Source of the DNA: an uncultured Bacteroidaceae bacterium
GTDB taxonomy: Bacteria; Bacteroidota; Bacteroidia; Bacteroidales; DTU049
Assembly: GCA_964559205.1 (NCBI GenBank)
Contig: CAZLHV010000002.1
Coordinates: forward strand, 1-44,929
Direction of reading: 5' to 3'
Length of the DNA stretch: 44,929 nt
In this document: positions 31,555 through 39,677 of the stretch, one piece after another
How positions within the stretch are numbered: position 1 is the stretch's first letter
Layout: each line of letters begins with the position of its first letter
Made by a program: the position numbers and the translations under genes
Notes under the pieces: model-generated
Databases searched by the model: none
Told to the model about the DNA's origin: nothing
What the model saw: only the letters and a program-made list of their open reading frames with translations

Positions 31555-33912
31555 ATGAAAAACTTTGTTTTTCGATCGGGGGTATTGATACTATTGTTCA
31601 CCGCAGCCATTCAAACGGCTACTGCTCAGCTCACCGTTACATCGGGACTCACCGCTGCGCAGTATGTCGATTACCTTGTGGGCAACGGAATCACCTATAG
31701 CAATGTCACCTATACCGGTGACGTGAATTCAATCGGCCGGTTCCAGACCGGTGCAACGCCTACCAATTTGGGTATTGGAACTGGCATTATCATGTCGACC
31801 GGCTATGTAAACGGTGCCATGGCACAACCTGCAATTGGTAGCCCTGTATCCAATTTTGTCAGTTATACCACCACCGGTGGATCTGATCCTGATTTGCAAA
31901 CACTGATTCCCGGATATACCATTAACGATGCTACTAAAATTGAATTCGATTTTATTCCGGTATCGGATACGGTTAAATTTCGATACGTGTTTGGCTCCGA
32001 GGAATACCCGGAATGGGTCGGAAGCTCATTCAACGATGTGTTCGGCTTTTTTATTTCCGGACCCAATCCTCTCGGAGGAAACTATACAAGTTACAATATG
32101 GCCCGTATCCCGGGCACTGCCCTTCCAGTCACCATCGATAATGTTAATTCGGGTTCATATGCTACCTACTATGTCGATAATCAGGCAATGAGCGGTCAAA
32201 CCATTGTGTACGACGGATTCACAACGGTGCTAACTGCATGGGCACGTGTGACCCCATGTCAAAACTATCATATTAAACTTGCCGTAGGCGATGCCGGTGA
32301 CGCTGCGTTCGATTCAGGTGTTTTTCTCGAAGCGAACAGTTTTAGCAGTCCCGTGCTGAATGTATCAACCAATTATGTGAACGACACCCTTCTTGGTAAT
32401 TTTGCCATGGAAGGTGGCTGCAACGATGTGGTGGTTTGCTTTTCGCTATCCGATCCCACGCCAACCAATTTCACGGTCAATTATGCGCTCCAGGGAACAG
32501 CAACCAACGGAGTTGACTATCCAACCATTCCGGCAAACCTTACCATTCCTGCCGGCAGCGACTCGGTGTGTATGAACATCAGCCCCATTGCCGATGGCCT
32601 TGCCGAAGGAATGGAAAATATTGTTTTTGTGCTTCAGAATCAGATATCATGCAATACCGTTTCCGACACCATTGTCATCGACATTATTGATTATGATTTT
32701 ATGCAATTGAATATGTCGTCCGACACCACCATTTGCGGCGACACAGCTTTTATTTCAACCCTGGCCATGATGGGTGTTCCTCCCTATGCCTACGCCTGGG
32801 ATAATGGCTTGCCAGCCACGACCAGCCATGTGGTTAACCCAACGGCGACCACGACTTATACGGTCACAGTAACCGATTACTGTGGGTTTGATATCACAGG
32901 CGATGTAACTGTCACTGTTGGTTCGGGCTTTGCCGATGCAGGACTGGATAAAACGATCTGTAACGGAGAAACGGCGACCCTGACAGCCAACAGTTCAATA
33001 ACCTATGTATGGAGTACCGGTGATACGACACAATCGATTGTTGTTTCGCCAACGGCAAGCACTCAGTATTCGGTCACGGTGGCAGGCACCTGCAGCGGCA
33101 GTGATTCAGTGATGGTGTTTGTGAATCCCCTTCCCGTTGTTAGTGCATTTGTTGATCCAGGCTGGGTTTGTGCAGGAGATTCGGCTGTGCTGACTTCTTC
33201 AGGGGCACTTCAGTACACTTGGCAAAGCAATCCAACCGATGTTTCACTTCTGCAGGTTCCGGGCGGCACCAACGACTGGTTTAAAATTGCCCCGGGGGGC
33301 ACAACCACCTATTATGTGACGGGAACCGATGCCAACGGCTGTGAAGACGACACTTTGGTTCAGCTAGTGGTTCATCCCGCACCGATTGCATCATTTTTTA
33401 CCCAACCTCCCATTGCATCATCGTTCGATCCAACTTTTCAGTTTTACGATAACTCACAGGGAAGCCCTGTGATCTGGAGGTGGATTCTTGAAGATGGCTC
33501 GACCTACGATGTGCCTGAGTTTCTGCATCAGTTTCCGGTAGATCAGTATGGAGATTATTCGGTATATCTGTACGTTGAAAATGTTTACGGTTGTTACGAC
33601 ACCCTTTGGGGCTCCGTTTATGTAAAACCTGATTACACTTTGTATATTCCGAATGCCTTCACGCCCAACGAGGATGGAATTAACGACCGTTTTCATATCA
33701 GTGGTATCAATTTCCCGCAGGATGAGTTTACCTTCAAATTGTATGATCGCTGGGGAACGCTCATTTTTGCTTCTTCGGTTCCATCGTTTGAGTGGGACGG
33801 CAAAGTAGACGGAAGATATGCACCCACCGGAGTGTATATTTACAGGATTTATTATCGCGATCCCTCAGGAAACTACCAGATGATTCAGGGTGAAGTGAAC
33901 CTGTTCTATTGA
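31555..33912 (+). CDS. Second choice-of-anchor L domain protein with extra Ig-like repeats and T9SS type B C-terminal domain
   Basis: The same N-terminal architecture: TAAQYVDYLVGNGITYSNVTYTG...EFDFIPVSDTVKFRYVFGSEEYPEWVGSSFNDVFGFFISGP...FDSGVFLEANSF. The C-terminus reads IPNAFTPNEDGINDRFHISG...FKLYDRWGTLIF...TGVYIYRIYY. It starts 5 nt after the previous stop. Confidence 0.9.
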   Translation: MKNFVFRSGVLILLFTAAIQTATAQLTVTSGLTAAQYVDYLVGNGITYSNVTYTGDVNSIGRFQTGATPTNLGIGTGIIMSTGYVNGAMAQPAIGSPVSNFVSYTTTGGSDPDLQTLIPGYTINDATKIEFDFIPVSDTVKFRYVFGSEEYPEWVGSSFNDVFGFFISGPNPLGGNYTSYNMARIPGTALPVTIDNVNSGSYATYYVDNQAMSGQTIVYDGFTTVLTAWARVTPCQNYHIKLAVGDAGDAAFDSGVFLEANSFSSPVLNVSTNYVNDTLLGNFAMEGGCNDVVVCFSLSDPTPTNFTVNYALQGTATNGVDYPTIPANLTIPAGSDSVCMNISPIADGLAEGMENIVFVLQNQISCNTVSDTIVIDIIDYDFMQLNMSSDTTICGDTAFISTLAMMGVPPYAYAWDNGLPATTSHVVNPTATTTYTVTVTDYCGFDITGDVTVTVGSGFADAGLDKTICNGETATLTANSSITYVWSTGDTTQSIVVSPTASTQYSVTVAGTCSGSDSVMVFVNPLPVVSAFVDPGWVCAGDSAVLTSSGALQYTWQSNPTDVSLLQVPGGTNDWFKIAPGGTTTYYVTGTDANGCEDDTLVQLVVHPAPIASFFTQPPIASSFDPTFQFYDNSQGSPVIWRWILEDGSTYDVPEFLHQFPVDQYGDYSVYLYVENVYGCYDTLWGSVYVKPDYTLYIPNAFTPNEDGINDRFHISGINFPQDEFTFKLYDRWGTLIFASSVPSFEWDGKVDGRYAPTGVYIYRIYYRDPSGNYQMIQGEVNLFY

Positions 33913-33957
33913 CCTGTTATTCGTCAGTTGCATTTTCTGTAGCAAACAAATTGTTTT

Positions 33958-33965
33958 TACCTTTG
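33958..33965 (+). promoter_or_regulatory. -7 box TACCTTTG for gap
   Basis: Exact match, 25 nt upstream of the ATG at 33991. Confidence 0.45.
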
Positions 33966-33990
33966 CGGTAGGAAATCAAATTCTATTGTT

Positions 33991-34998
33991 ATGAAAAAGA
34001 GAGTAGCCATCAATGGTTTTGGCAGGATTGGAAGAATGACGTTTCAGGCTCTTCTCAGACTTGATCAGGTAGAGGTTGTGGCCATTAATGATTTGACCGA
34101 TGCACCTACACTGGCTCATTTGCTAAAGTATGATTCGGTACACGGTCGTTTTGGAGGTAGCGTTTCCGCTGAAGGAAACAATCTGAATGTGAACGGAAAA
34201 ACATATACGATTTATGCCGAGAAGGATCCTTCGCAGCTTCCTTGGAAAGAACTTGGGGTAGACATTGTGGTGGAATGTACCGGCAAATTCAGAAAACGTG
34301 CGGATCTTGAAAAGCACACCATGGCAGGTGCCCGAAAGGTTGTGCTAAGCGTTCCTGCAGATAAGAGCAGTGATGTTGATCTGACTGTTGTATTGGGTGT
34401 CAACGACCATTTATTAAACGGCAATCAGGTGTTTGTCAGCAACGCAAGTTGTACTACAAACTGCCTGGCTCCGGTTGTGAAGGTGCTTAACGATACTTTT
34501 GGAATTGAATATGGTTTGATGGATACGGTTCACTCCTATACAAACGACCAGATTATCCTTGATGCTCCTCATAAGGATTTGCGCAGGGCAAGAGCCGCTG
34601 CAATGTCCATTATTCCAACAAGCACAGGCGCTGCCAAAGCCCTCGGCCTGGTGATCCCTGAAATTACCGGTAAGCTCGATGGTATGTCGATGCGGGTGCC
34701 TACACCTGATGGTTCTGTGGTTGATCTTACCCTGACCATGAAAACCGATGTAAGCGTTGATCAAATCAACGATGCCATGAAAAAGGCAGCCGATGGACCT
34801 CTGAAAGGTATTCTGGAATATACCACCGAACCAATTGTGAGTGTGGATGTGATCGGTAATCCTCATTCTTCCATATTTGATTCCAAGCTCACACAGGTGA
34901 TTGGAGGAAAACTGGTGAAGGTGATTGCCTGGTACGATAACGAATTTGGCTATTCACAACGGCTGGCAGAACTTACTGTCCGCCTTGCCAATATGTAA
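33991..34998 (+). CDS. gap: Type I glyceraldehyde-3-phosphate dehydrogenase
   Basis: Motifs INGFGRIGR, the catalytic [12 protein letters not shown], and WYDNEFGYS. Confidence 0.97.
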   Translation: MKKRVAINGFGRIGRMTFQALLRLDQVEVVAINDLTDAPTLAHLLKYDSVHGRFGGSVSAEGNNLNVNGKTYTIYAEKDPSQLPWKELGVDIVVECTGKFRKRADLEKHTMAGARKVVLSVPADKSSDVDLTVVLGVNDHLLNGNQVFVSNASCTTNCLAPVVKVLNDTFGIEYGLMDTVHSYTNDQIILDAPHKDLRRARAAAMSIIPTSTGAAKALGLVIPEITGKLDGMSMRVPTPDGSVVDLTLTMKTDVSVDQINDAMKKAADGPLKGILEYTTEPIVSVDVIGNPHSSIFDSKLTQVIGGKLVKVIAWYDNEFGYSQRLAELTVRLANM

Positions 34999-35010
34999 TA
35001 GGGATCAGGC

Positions 35011-35199
35011 ATGGATACGCTATATCTCATTCTGATTGTGATCGGTATCATGGCTCTGATTTTTGCCCTGATCGGCATCAAGATGTTCCTCAAAAAGGGG
35101 GGTGAATTCAAGAAGCAATGTTCTTCGGTTGACCCGAAAACAGGTCAGCGGCTTGGTTGCAGTTGCGGAGGTGGTGATCATTCCTGCCACAATGACTGA
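35011..35199 (+). CDS. Small membrane protein: one TM helix plus Cys/His-rich tail (FeoB-associated-Cys-rich-like architecture)
   Basis: The 62-aa sequence is [62 protein letters not shown]. Its ATG is 12 nt after the gap stop. Its stop overlaps the next gene's ATG (aATGACTGA). Confidence 0.6.
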   Translation: MDTLYLILIVIGIMALIFALIGIKMFLKKGGEFKKQCSSVDPKTGQRLGCSCGGGDHSCHND

Positions 35200-35617
35200 T
35201 TCCTTGGCCTATATTACCAGACGCGAACAGTTCAATGCTGCTCACCGACTTTTTCGCGAAGATTATTCAGACGAAAAGAACAGTGAAGTGTTTGGTAAAT
35301 GTTCCAATCCTTTATGGCATGGCCACAACTATACACTTTGGGTAACAGTGAAAGGTCCGGTGAACCAAGATACAGGATTTGTAATGAATCTGCGTGAGTT
35401 GAGTCAAATCATCCGGAAAGAAGTGGTCGATAAGCTTGATCACAGAAATATTAATCTTGAAGTCGATTTTATGAAGGGAAAGCTTGCTTCGACCGAAAAT
35501 TTGGTTGTGTCTGTTTTCAGGGTTCTGGAGCAGGCACTCGCAGGTTATCATGGCGTAGCTCTTCATTGTGTCAAAATTCAGGAAACAGAGAATAATTCGG
35601 TAGAATATTACGGTTAA
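35192..35617 (+). CDS. 6-pyruvoyl-tetrahydropterin synthase family protein (COG0720; PTPS/QueD)
   Basis: Trimmed to the ATG at 35192 ([20 protein letters not shown]). The zinc and catalytic motif is [11 protein letters not shown], with C-x5-HGH spacing. It ends ...[11 protein letters not shown]. Confidence 0.88.
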   Translation: MTDSLAYITRREQFNAAHRLFREDYSDEKNSEVFGKCSNPLWHGHNYTLWVTVKGPVNQDTGFVMNLRELSQIIRKEVVDKLDHRNINLEVDFMKGKLASTENLVVSVFRVLEQALAGYHGVALHCVKIQETENNSVEYYG

Positions 35618-35628
35618 AAACAAATATT

Positions 35629-36276
35629 ATGTGCCCTCCGGTGATGAAGCATGAAAACATGATGGATAATTTTTCGTCCGACGGCTACACGCGTATTGAT
35701 CAGTATGATGAAGAAACGTTAGCGCAGCTGAAGGTTCATTATCACAGCGTATTGCATTTGCTGGGCGAGGATCCGGAGCGTGAAGGGTTGCTGAAGACCC
35801 CCGAACGTGTGGCCAAGGCTATGCAGTTTCTCACACACGGTTATCACACCAATCCCGAGCAAATCCTACGTTCGGCCATGTTCCGCGAAGAGTATCGCGA
35901 AATGGTTATAGTAAAGGACATCGAACTGTATAGCATGTGTGAACATCATATGCTTCCGTTTTTTGGCAAGGCACACGTGGCCTACATCCCTAACGGGTAT
36001 ATTGTCGGACTGAGCAAAATTCCGCGCATCGTTGATGCTTTTGCGCGCCGCTTACAGGTGCAGGAACGCCTGACAACCCAGATAAAGGATTCCATTCAAA
36101 ATGTACTCAAGCCTCTTGGCGTAGCCGTGGTCATCGAAGCACATCATCTCTGCATGATGATGCGCGGTATTCAGAAACAAAACAGCGTAACTACTACCTC
36201 TGATTTTACCGGCGCTTTCAGACGTGATGAGACCCGCGCCGAGTTCATGCATTTAATTGGTGCTCGCTTGCACTGA
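35629..36276 (+). CDS. folE: GTP cyclohydrolase I (FolE, type IA, zinc-dependent)
   Basis: Motifs [38 protein letters not shown] and HHLCMMMRG. The start could instead be a downstream Met at residue 6, 11 or 12. Confidence 0.93.
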   Translation: MCPPVMKHENMMDNFSSDGYTRIDQYDEETLAQLKVHYHSVLHLLGEDPEREGLLKTPERVAKAMQFLTHGYHTNPEQILRSAMFREEYREMVIVKDIELYSMCEHHMLPFFGKAHVAYIPNGYIVGLSKIPRIVDAFARRLQVQERLTTQIKDSIQNVLKPLGVAVVIEAHHLCMMMRGIQKQNSVTTTSDFTGAFRRDETRAEFMHLIGARLH

Positions 36277-36298
36277 TGCCTCTTCGCAAAAAAATTTC

Positions 36299-36306
36299 TA
36301 ACTTTG
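36299..36306 (+). promoter_or_regulatory. -7 box TAACTTTG for the BI-1 family gene
   Basis: Exact match, 16 nt upstream of the ATG at 36323. Confidence 0.45.
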
Positions 36307-36322
36307 AAAAAAATACAGACAT

Positions 36323-37042
36323 ATGGACAATCACTTTTCAAATTCTGAACCGCAGGTATTTACCCGCGAAAGTGCTGGAATCAAGGCCGGATTTGTGGCA
36401 AACGTGTTTGCCTGGATGTTCAGTGCCCTTATCATCACAGCTGTTTTGGCCTGGGCTTTTGGCACGCAGGAATCACTGATTCGCTTGCTTATCAGCATGA
36501 ATGGCCCGACCCCTCTTGGATGGATTGTAATGTTTGCCCCTGTGGGCCTCGTGTTTTTGATGTCGCTCGGCTACAACCGGCTTTCAGCCCCGGCCCTGAT
36601 GGTCGTTTTTATTATCTATTCCGCTCTGATGGGTGCCAGCCTTGGTTTTATTTTCTGGGCATATGAGTTGGGAACAATTTTCCTCGCTTTTGGTATCACA
36701 AGCGGCATGTTTGCTATTATGGCGATAGCTGGGTATACCACGAAAATGGATTTAACCCGTTTTGGCAGTATCATGATTATTGGATTGGTAGGAGTGGTGA
36801 TTGCCAGTGTGGTGAATCTTTTTATGCGAAACGATACCATGGATCTTGTTATCTGTGTGGTTGGTGTGTTGGTCTTCACCGGTCTCATTGCGTACGATAT
36901 GCAGAATATTAAACGCGATGGACAGTATGCAATGGCCAATCCCGAGGCAGGCAGGAAGATGGCCATCATGAGTGCTCTTCGTCTTTATCTGAATTTCATC
37001 AACCTGTTCCTGATGATTTTGCGTTTGCTGAATCGTCGCTAA
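36323..37042 (+). CDS. Bax inhibitor-1/YccA family membrane protein
   Basis: 239 aa with seven TM segments. The N-terminus FVANVFAWMFSALIITA and the C-terminal ALRLYLNFINLFLMILRL are typical of the BI-1/YccA family. Confidence 0.85.
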   Translation: MDNHFSNSEPQVFTRESAGIKAGFVANVFAWMFSALIITAVLAWAFGTQESLIRLLISMNGPTPLGWIVMFAPVGLVFLMSLGYNRLSAPALMVVFIIYSALMGASLGFIFWAYELGTIFLAFGITSGMFAIMAIAGYTTKMDLTRFGSIMIIGLVGVVIASVVNLFMRNDTMDLVICVVGVLVFTGLIAYDMQNIKRDGQYAMANPEAGRKMAIMSALRLYLNFINLFLMILRLLNRR

Positions 37043-37062
37043 TTTCTGAATAATACTGTTTG

Positions 37063-37090
37063 GGCGCATGGTTTTCATGCGCCTTTTTTT
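37063..37090 (+). terminator. Rho-independent terminator of the BI-1 family gene
   Basis: Stem ggcgcatg/catgcgcc (8 bp) with loop gtttt, followed by T7. Confidence 0.8.
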
Positions 37091-37246
37091 GTGCATGAAT
37101 GTGTGGTGATTTGTCTGATTTTACGCTTTGAATCACATGAGTGTTATGAGCGGCTTCAAACGATGACAACATCGAATTGCATCCCCAAAAACGCAATATA
37201 ATATATGTATCGGAGAAAGATTCGAGTCTTGACACTCAAAGCTGGC

Positions 37247-38494
37247 TTAGTTTTGCCTGATGGCTTCGACAGGGTCGAGTTTCGAAGCCCTGTAGGCCGG
37301 AATGAGACCGGCAACCAAACCAATGAGCGCTGATACCACCATGCCCAGAATGATGTTTCCCTGACTCAATGTGATGGTGAACCCCATGGCGCTTGTGGCA
37401 AGAAATGTGAGCAACCAGACCAGTAAAAGTCCAAACACTCCGCCGAAGAGACTGAGAAAAACAGCCTCGACGAGAAACTGAATCAGAATGAACAATCGTT
37501 TTGCGCCCAGAGATTTTTGAATACCGATGATACCAGTTCGCTCCCTGACCGAAACAAACATGATGTTTGCTATCCCAAAGCCTCCCACAAGCAGCGAAAA
37601 GCCTCCAATAAGCCATCCGGCCATGGTGACAATGTCGAAAATACCCGACAATCCTTCGGTCAGCAGGCTGGGTTCGTTTACTGCAAAATCGTCTTCAACT
37701 CCGGGTTTTAGTCTTCTCAGGCTCCTCATCACCCCGGTGAGATCGTACACCATTTCTTCGTTGGGGATACCTTTTTTCCCTTTTACAGCAATAAAGGTGT
37801 TTACAACCTGTTCGTTATCTACATCGGTGATACGGCTCAGAAAATGGTATGGGATCATGGCAAGATCGTCGTTGCTGTTGCCAAAACTGTTGTTGCCTTC
37901 TGACTTCAGTACTCCGATAACCTGAACTTTTCGGTTAAGGATTTTTATTTCTTTTCCTAGCGGTTCGTTTTCGGTAAATAGCTTTTTTGCCACATTGGCT
38001 CCGAGAACTGTAACAGGAACCCCATTGTTGAGCTCACTCGGACTGAAATATCGACCCCTCTCCACATCAAACACAAACACCTTGTTGTAATCCTCATCAA
38101 CACCTGCAATGCCGACAGCCTCGACACTGTTGTCACCATGCTCAAGATTACTTTGGGTCGAAGCCATGAAAGTAGCGTGTGTGATTGTGCCGGCCCTTTG
38201 CCGAAGTTGTTCTGCTTCGCGAAAAGTGGGTACGGGTCGCTGCAGATATTTCCACCATGCATAATCGGAATCGAACGACCATGGCCATTTTTGTACAAAA
38301 ACCACATTGCTGCCAAGCGATTCAATGCTGGTAGTAATTTGTGTTTTCATTGAATCGACAATGGTAAATACAATGATGACACTGAAAATACCGATGGTGA
38401 TTCCAAGAATGGTCAGCAGTGTGCGAAGTCTGTTCACCAAAATGGCGGATATCGCAAAAAGAAAACTTTCCTTTATGAGACGCAGAAAAAGCAT
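37247..38494 (-). CDS. ABC transporter permease, FtsX/MacB/LolCE-type (second, solitary copy)
   Basis: 415 aa. The N-terminal TM segment reads LVNRLRTLLTILGITIGIFSVIIV. A periplasmic domain and three C-terminal TM segments follow. It carries ERTGIIGIQKSLGA. Confidence 0.88.
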   Translation of the reverse strand: MLFLRLIKESFLFAISAILVNRLRTLLTILGITIGIFSVIIVFTIVDSMKTQITTSIESLGSNVVFVQKWPWSFDSDYAWWKYLQRPVPTFREAEQLRQRAGTITHATFMASTQSNLEHGDNSVEAVGIAGVDEDYNKVFVFDVERGRYFSPSELNNGVPVTVLGANVAKKLFTENEPLGKEIKILNRKVQVIGVLKSEGNNSFGNSNDDLAMIPYHFLSRITDVDNEQVVNTFIAVKGKKGIPNEEMVYDLTGVMRSLRRLKPGVEDDFAVNEPSLLTEGLSGIFDIVTMAGWLIGGFSLLVGGFGIANIMFVSVRERTGIIGIQKSLGAKRLFILIQFLVEAVFLSLFGGVFGLLLVWLLTFLATSAMGFTITLSQGNIILGMVVSALIGLVAGLIPAYRASKLDPVEAIRQN

Positions 38495-38636
38495 GATGCA
38501 AATCTATGGAAAATTTAGGCAACAGGACTGCGAAAAAAGATGGAGCAATGAATGAATAAACACAGAATCCGTTTTTGCCTTTAGACCAAATCGATTTCGA
38601 CCCGGAAAATCCTTCACTAACGGGTCAGCCTCTCAA

Positions 38637-39677
38637 TTATTTTGTGCCTGTTGCTTTGCGGAATTTGTCAAGGAGTGACTGAAAATCTTCCGGAAGACTG
38701 CTTTCGAAATATAGGGGCTGCCCGTTTGGATGAACAAATCCAAGCACCGCAGCATGTAGAGCCTGCCGAGGCATGATGGCAAAACAATTGTCGATAAACT
38801 GCCTGAATTTGGTGGTGGGATTTCCCTTCAGCAAGGCCTTGCCTCCATACATTTCGTCGGAAAACAGTGGGTGGCCGATGTGTTTCATGTGTGCCCTGAT
38901 TTGATGGGTACGGCCCGTTTCAAGCCGGCATTCAACCAGCGTGGCAAAGCCAAAGCGTTCCAAAACCGAAAAATGCGTTACCGACCATTTTCCTTCAGAT
39001 TCCGAATCATACACGGCCACCATTCGTCGGTCGCGGGTGCTGCGTGCCAGAAAGCCTGTGATGGTACCTTTGTCGGAGTCGATATCGCCCCACACCATGG
39101 CATGGTACACACGCTTGATGCTGTGTTCGAAAAACTGCCGGGCTAAAAAGGTTTGGGCGTATTCTTCCTTTGCCACTACCATCAGCCCGCTGGTGTCTTT
39201 ATCGATGCGATGCACAAGCAGGGGTTGGGCTTCGCTGTGATCACACTTTTCGTAATGATACAGCAAGGCGTTGATCAGCGTCCCCGTATAATTATTGTAT
39301 CCCGGATGAACAACCAGCCCGGCTTGCTTGTCAATCACAAGCAACTTGTCATCTTCGTAAACCACCTTGAGTGGTATGTCCTCGGGGAGCGTTTCGTAAG
39401 AAACTGGCGGGTGAGGCAGCACAATGCTGATGACCTCGCCGGGCTTGACCTTATAGTTCGGTTTCACCGGCTTGTTGCCGCATAATATACAATCGGCTCT
39501 GGCTGCATTCTGAATTCTGTTGCGGCTCACATTGGGCAAGCGATCGGTAAGAAACCGGTCAATCCGCACCGGAGTCTGTCCTCGGTCGACTACCATGCGG
39601 AAATGCTCATACATCTCGCGTTCTTCGTCCTGAAGATCGTGGATGTCTTCTACAGCATCTATTCCGTCAGAATCCAT
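38637..39677 (-). CDS. rluD: 23S rRNA pseudouridine synthase, RluA/RluD family with N-terminal S4 domain
   Basis: S4-like RIDRFLTDRLPNVSRNRIQ and the catalytic motif LVHRIDKDTSGLMVVAK, plus GRTHQIRAHM. The start at 39677 overlaps the upstream gene by 19 nt. An alternative is Met22 at 39614. Confidence 0.92.
   Translation of the reverse strand: MDSDGIDAVEDIHDLQDEEREMYEHFRMVVDRGQTPVRIDRFLTDRLPNVSRNRIQNAARADCILCGNKPVKPNYKVKPGEVISIVLPHPPVSYETLPEDIPLKVVYEDDKLLVIDKQAGLVVHPGYNNYTGTLINALLYHYEKCDHSEAQPLLVHRIDKDTSGLMVVAKEEYAQTFLARQFFEHSIKRVYHAMVWGDIDSDKGTITGFLARSTRDRRMVAVYDSESEGKWSVTHFSVLERFGFATLVECRLETGRTHQIRAHMKHIGHPLFSDEMYGGKALLKGNPTTKFRQFIDNCFAIMPRQALHAAVLGFVHPNGQPLYFESSLPEDFQSLLDKFRKATGTK

Noticed and set aside
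35102-35191. Longer start for the PTPS gene at 35102 (171 aa)
   Set aside because: The extension overlaps the Cys-rich mini-ORF in another frame and adds a non-homologous N-terminus. The ATG at 35192 gives the canonical PTPS N-terminus (...FNAAHRL).
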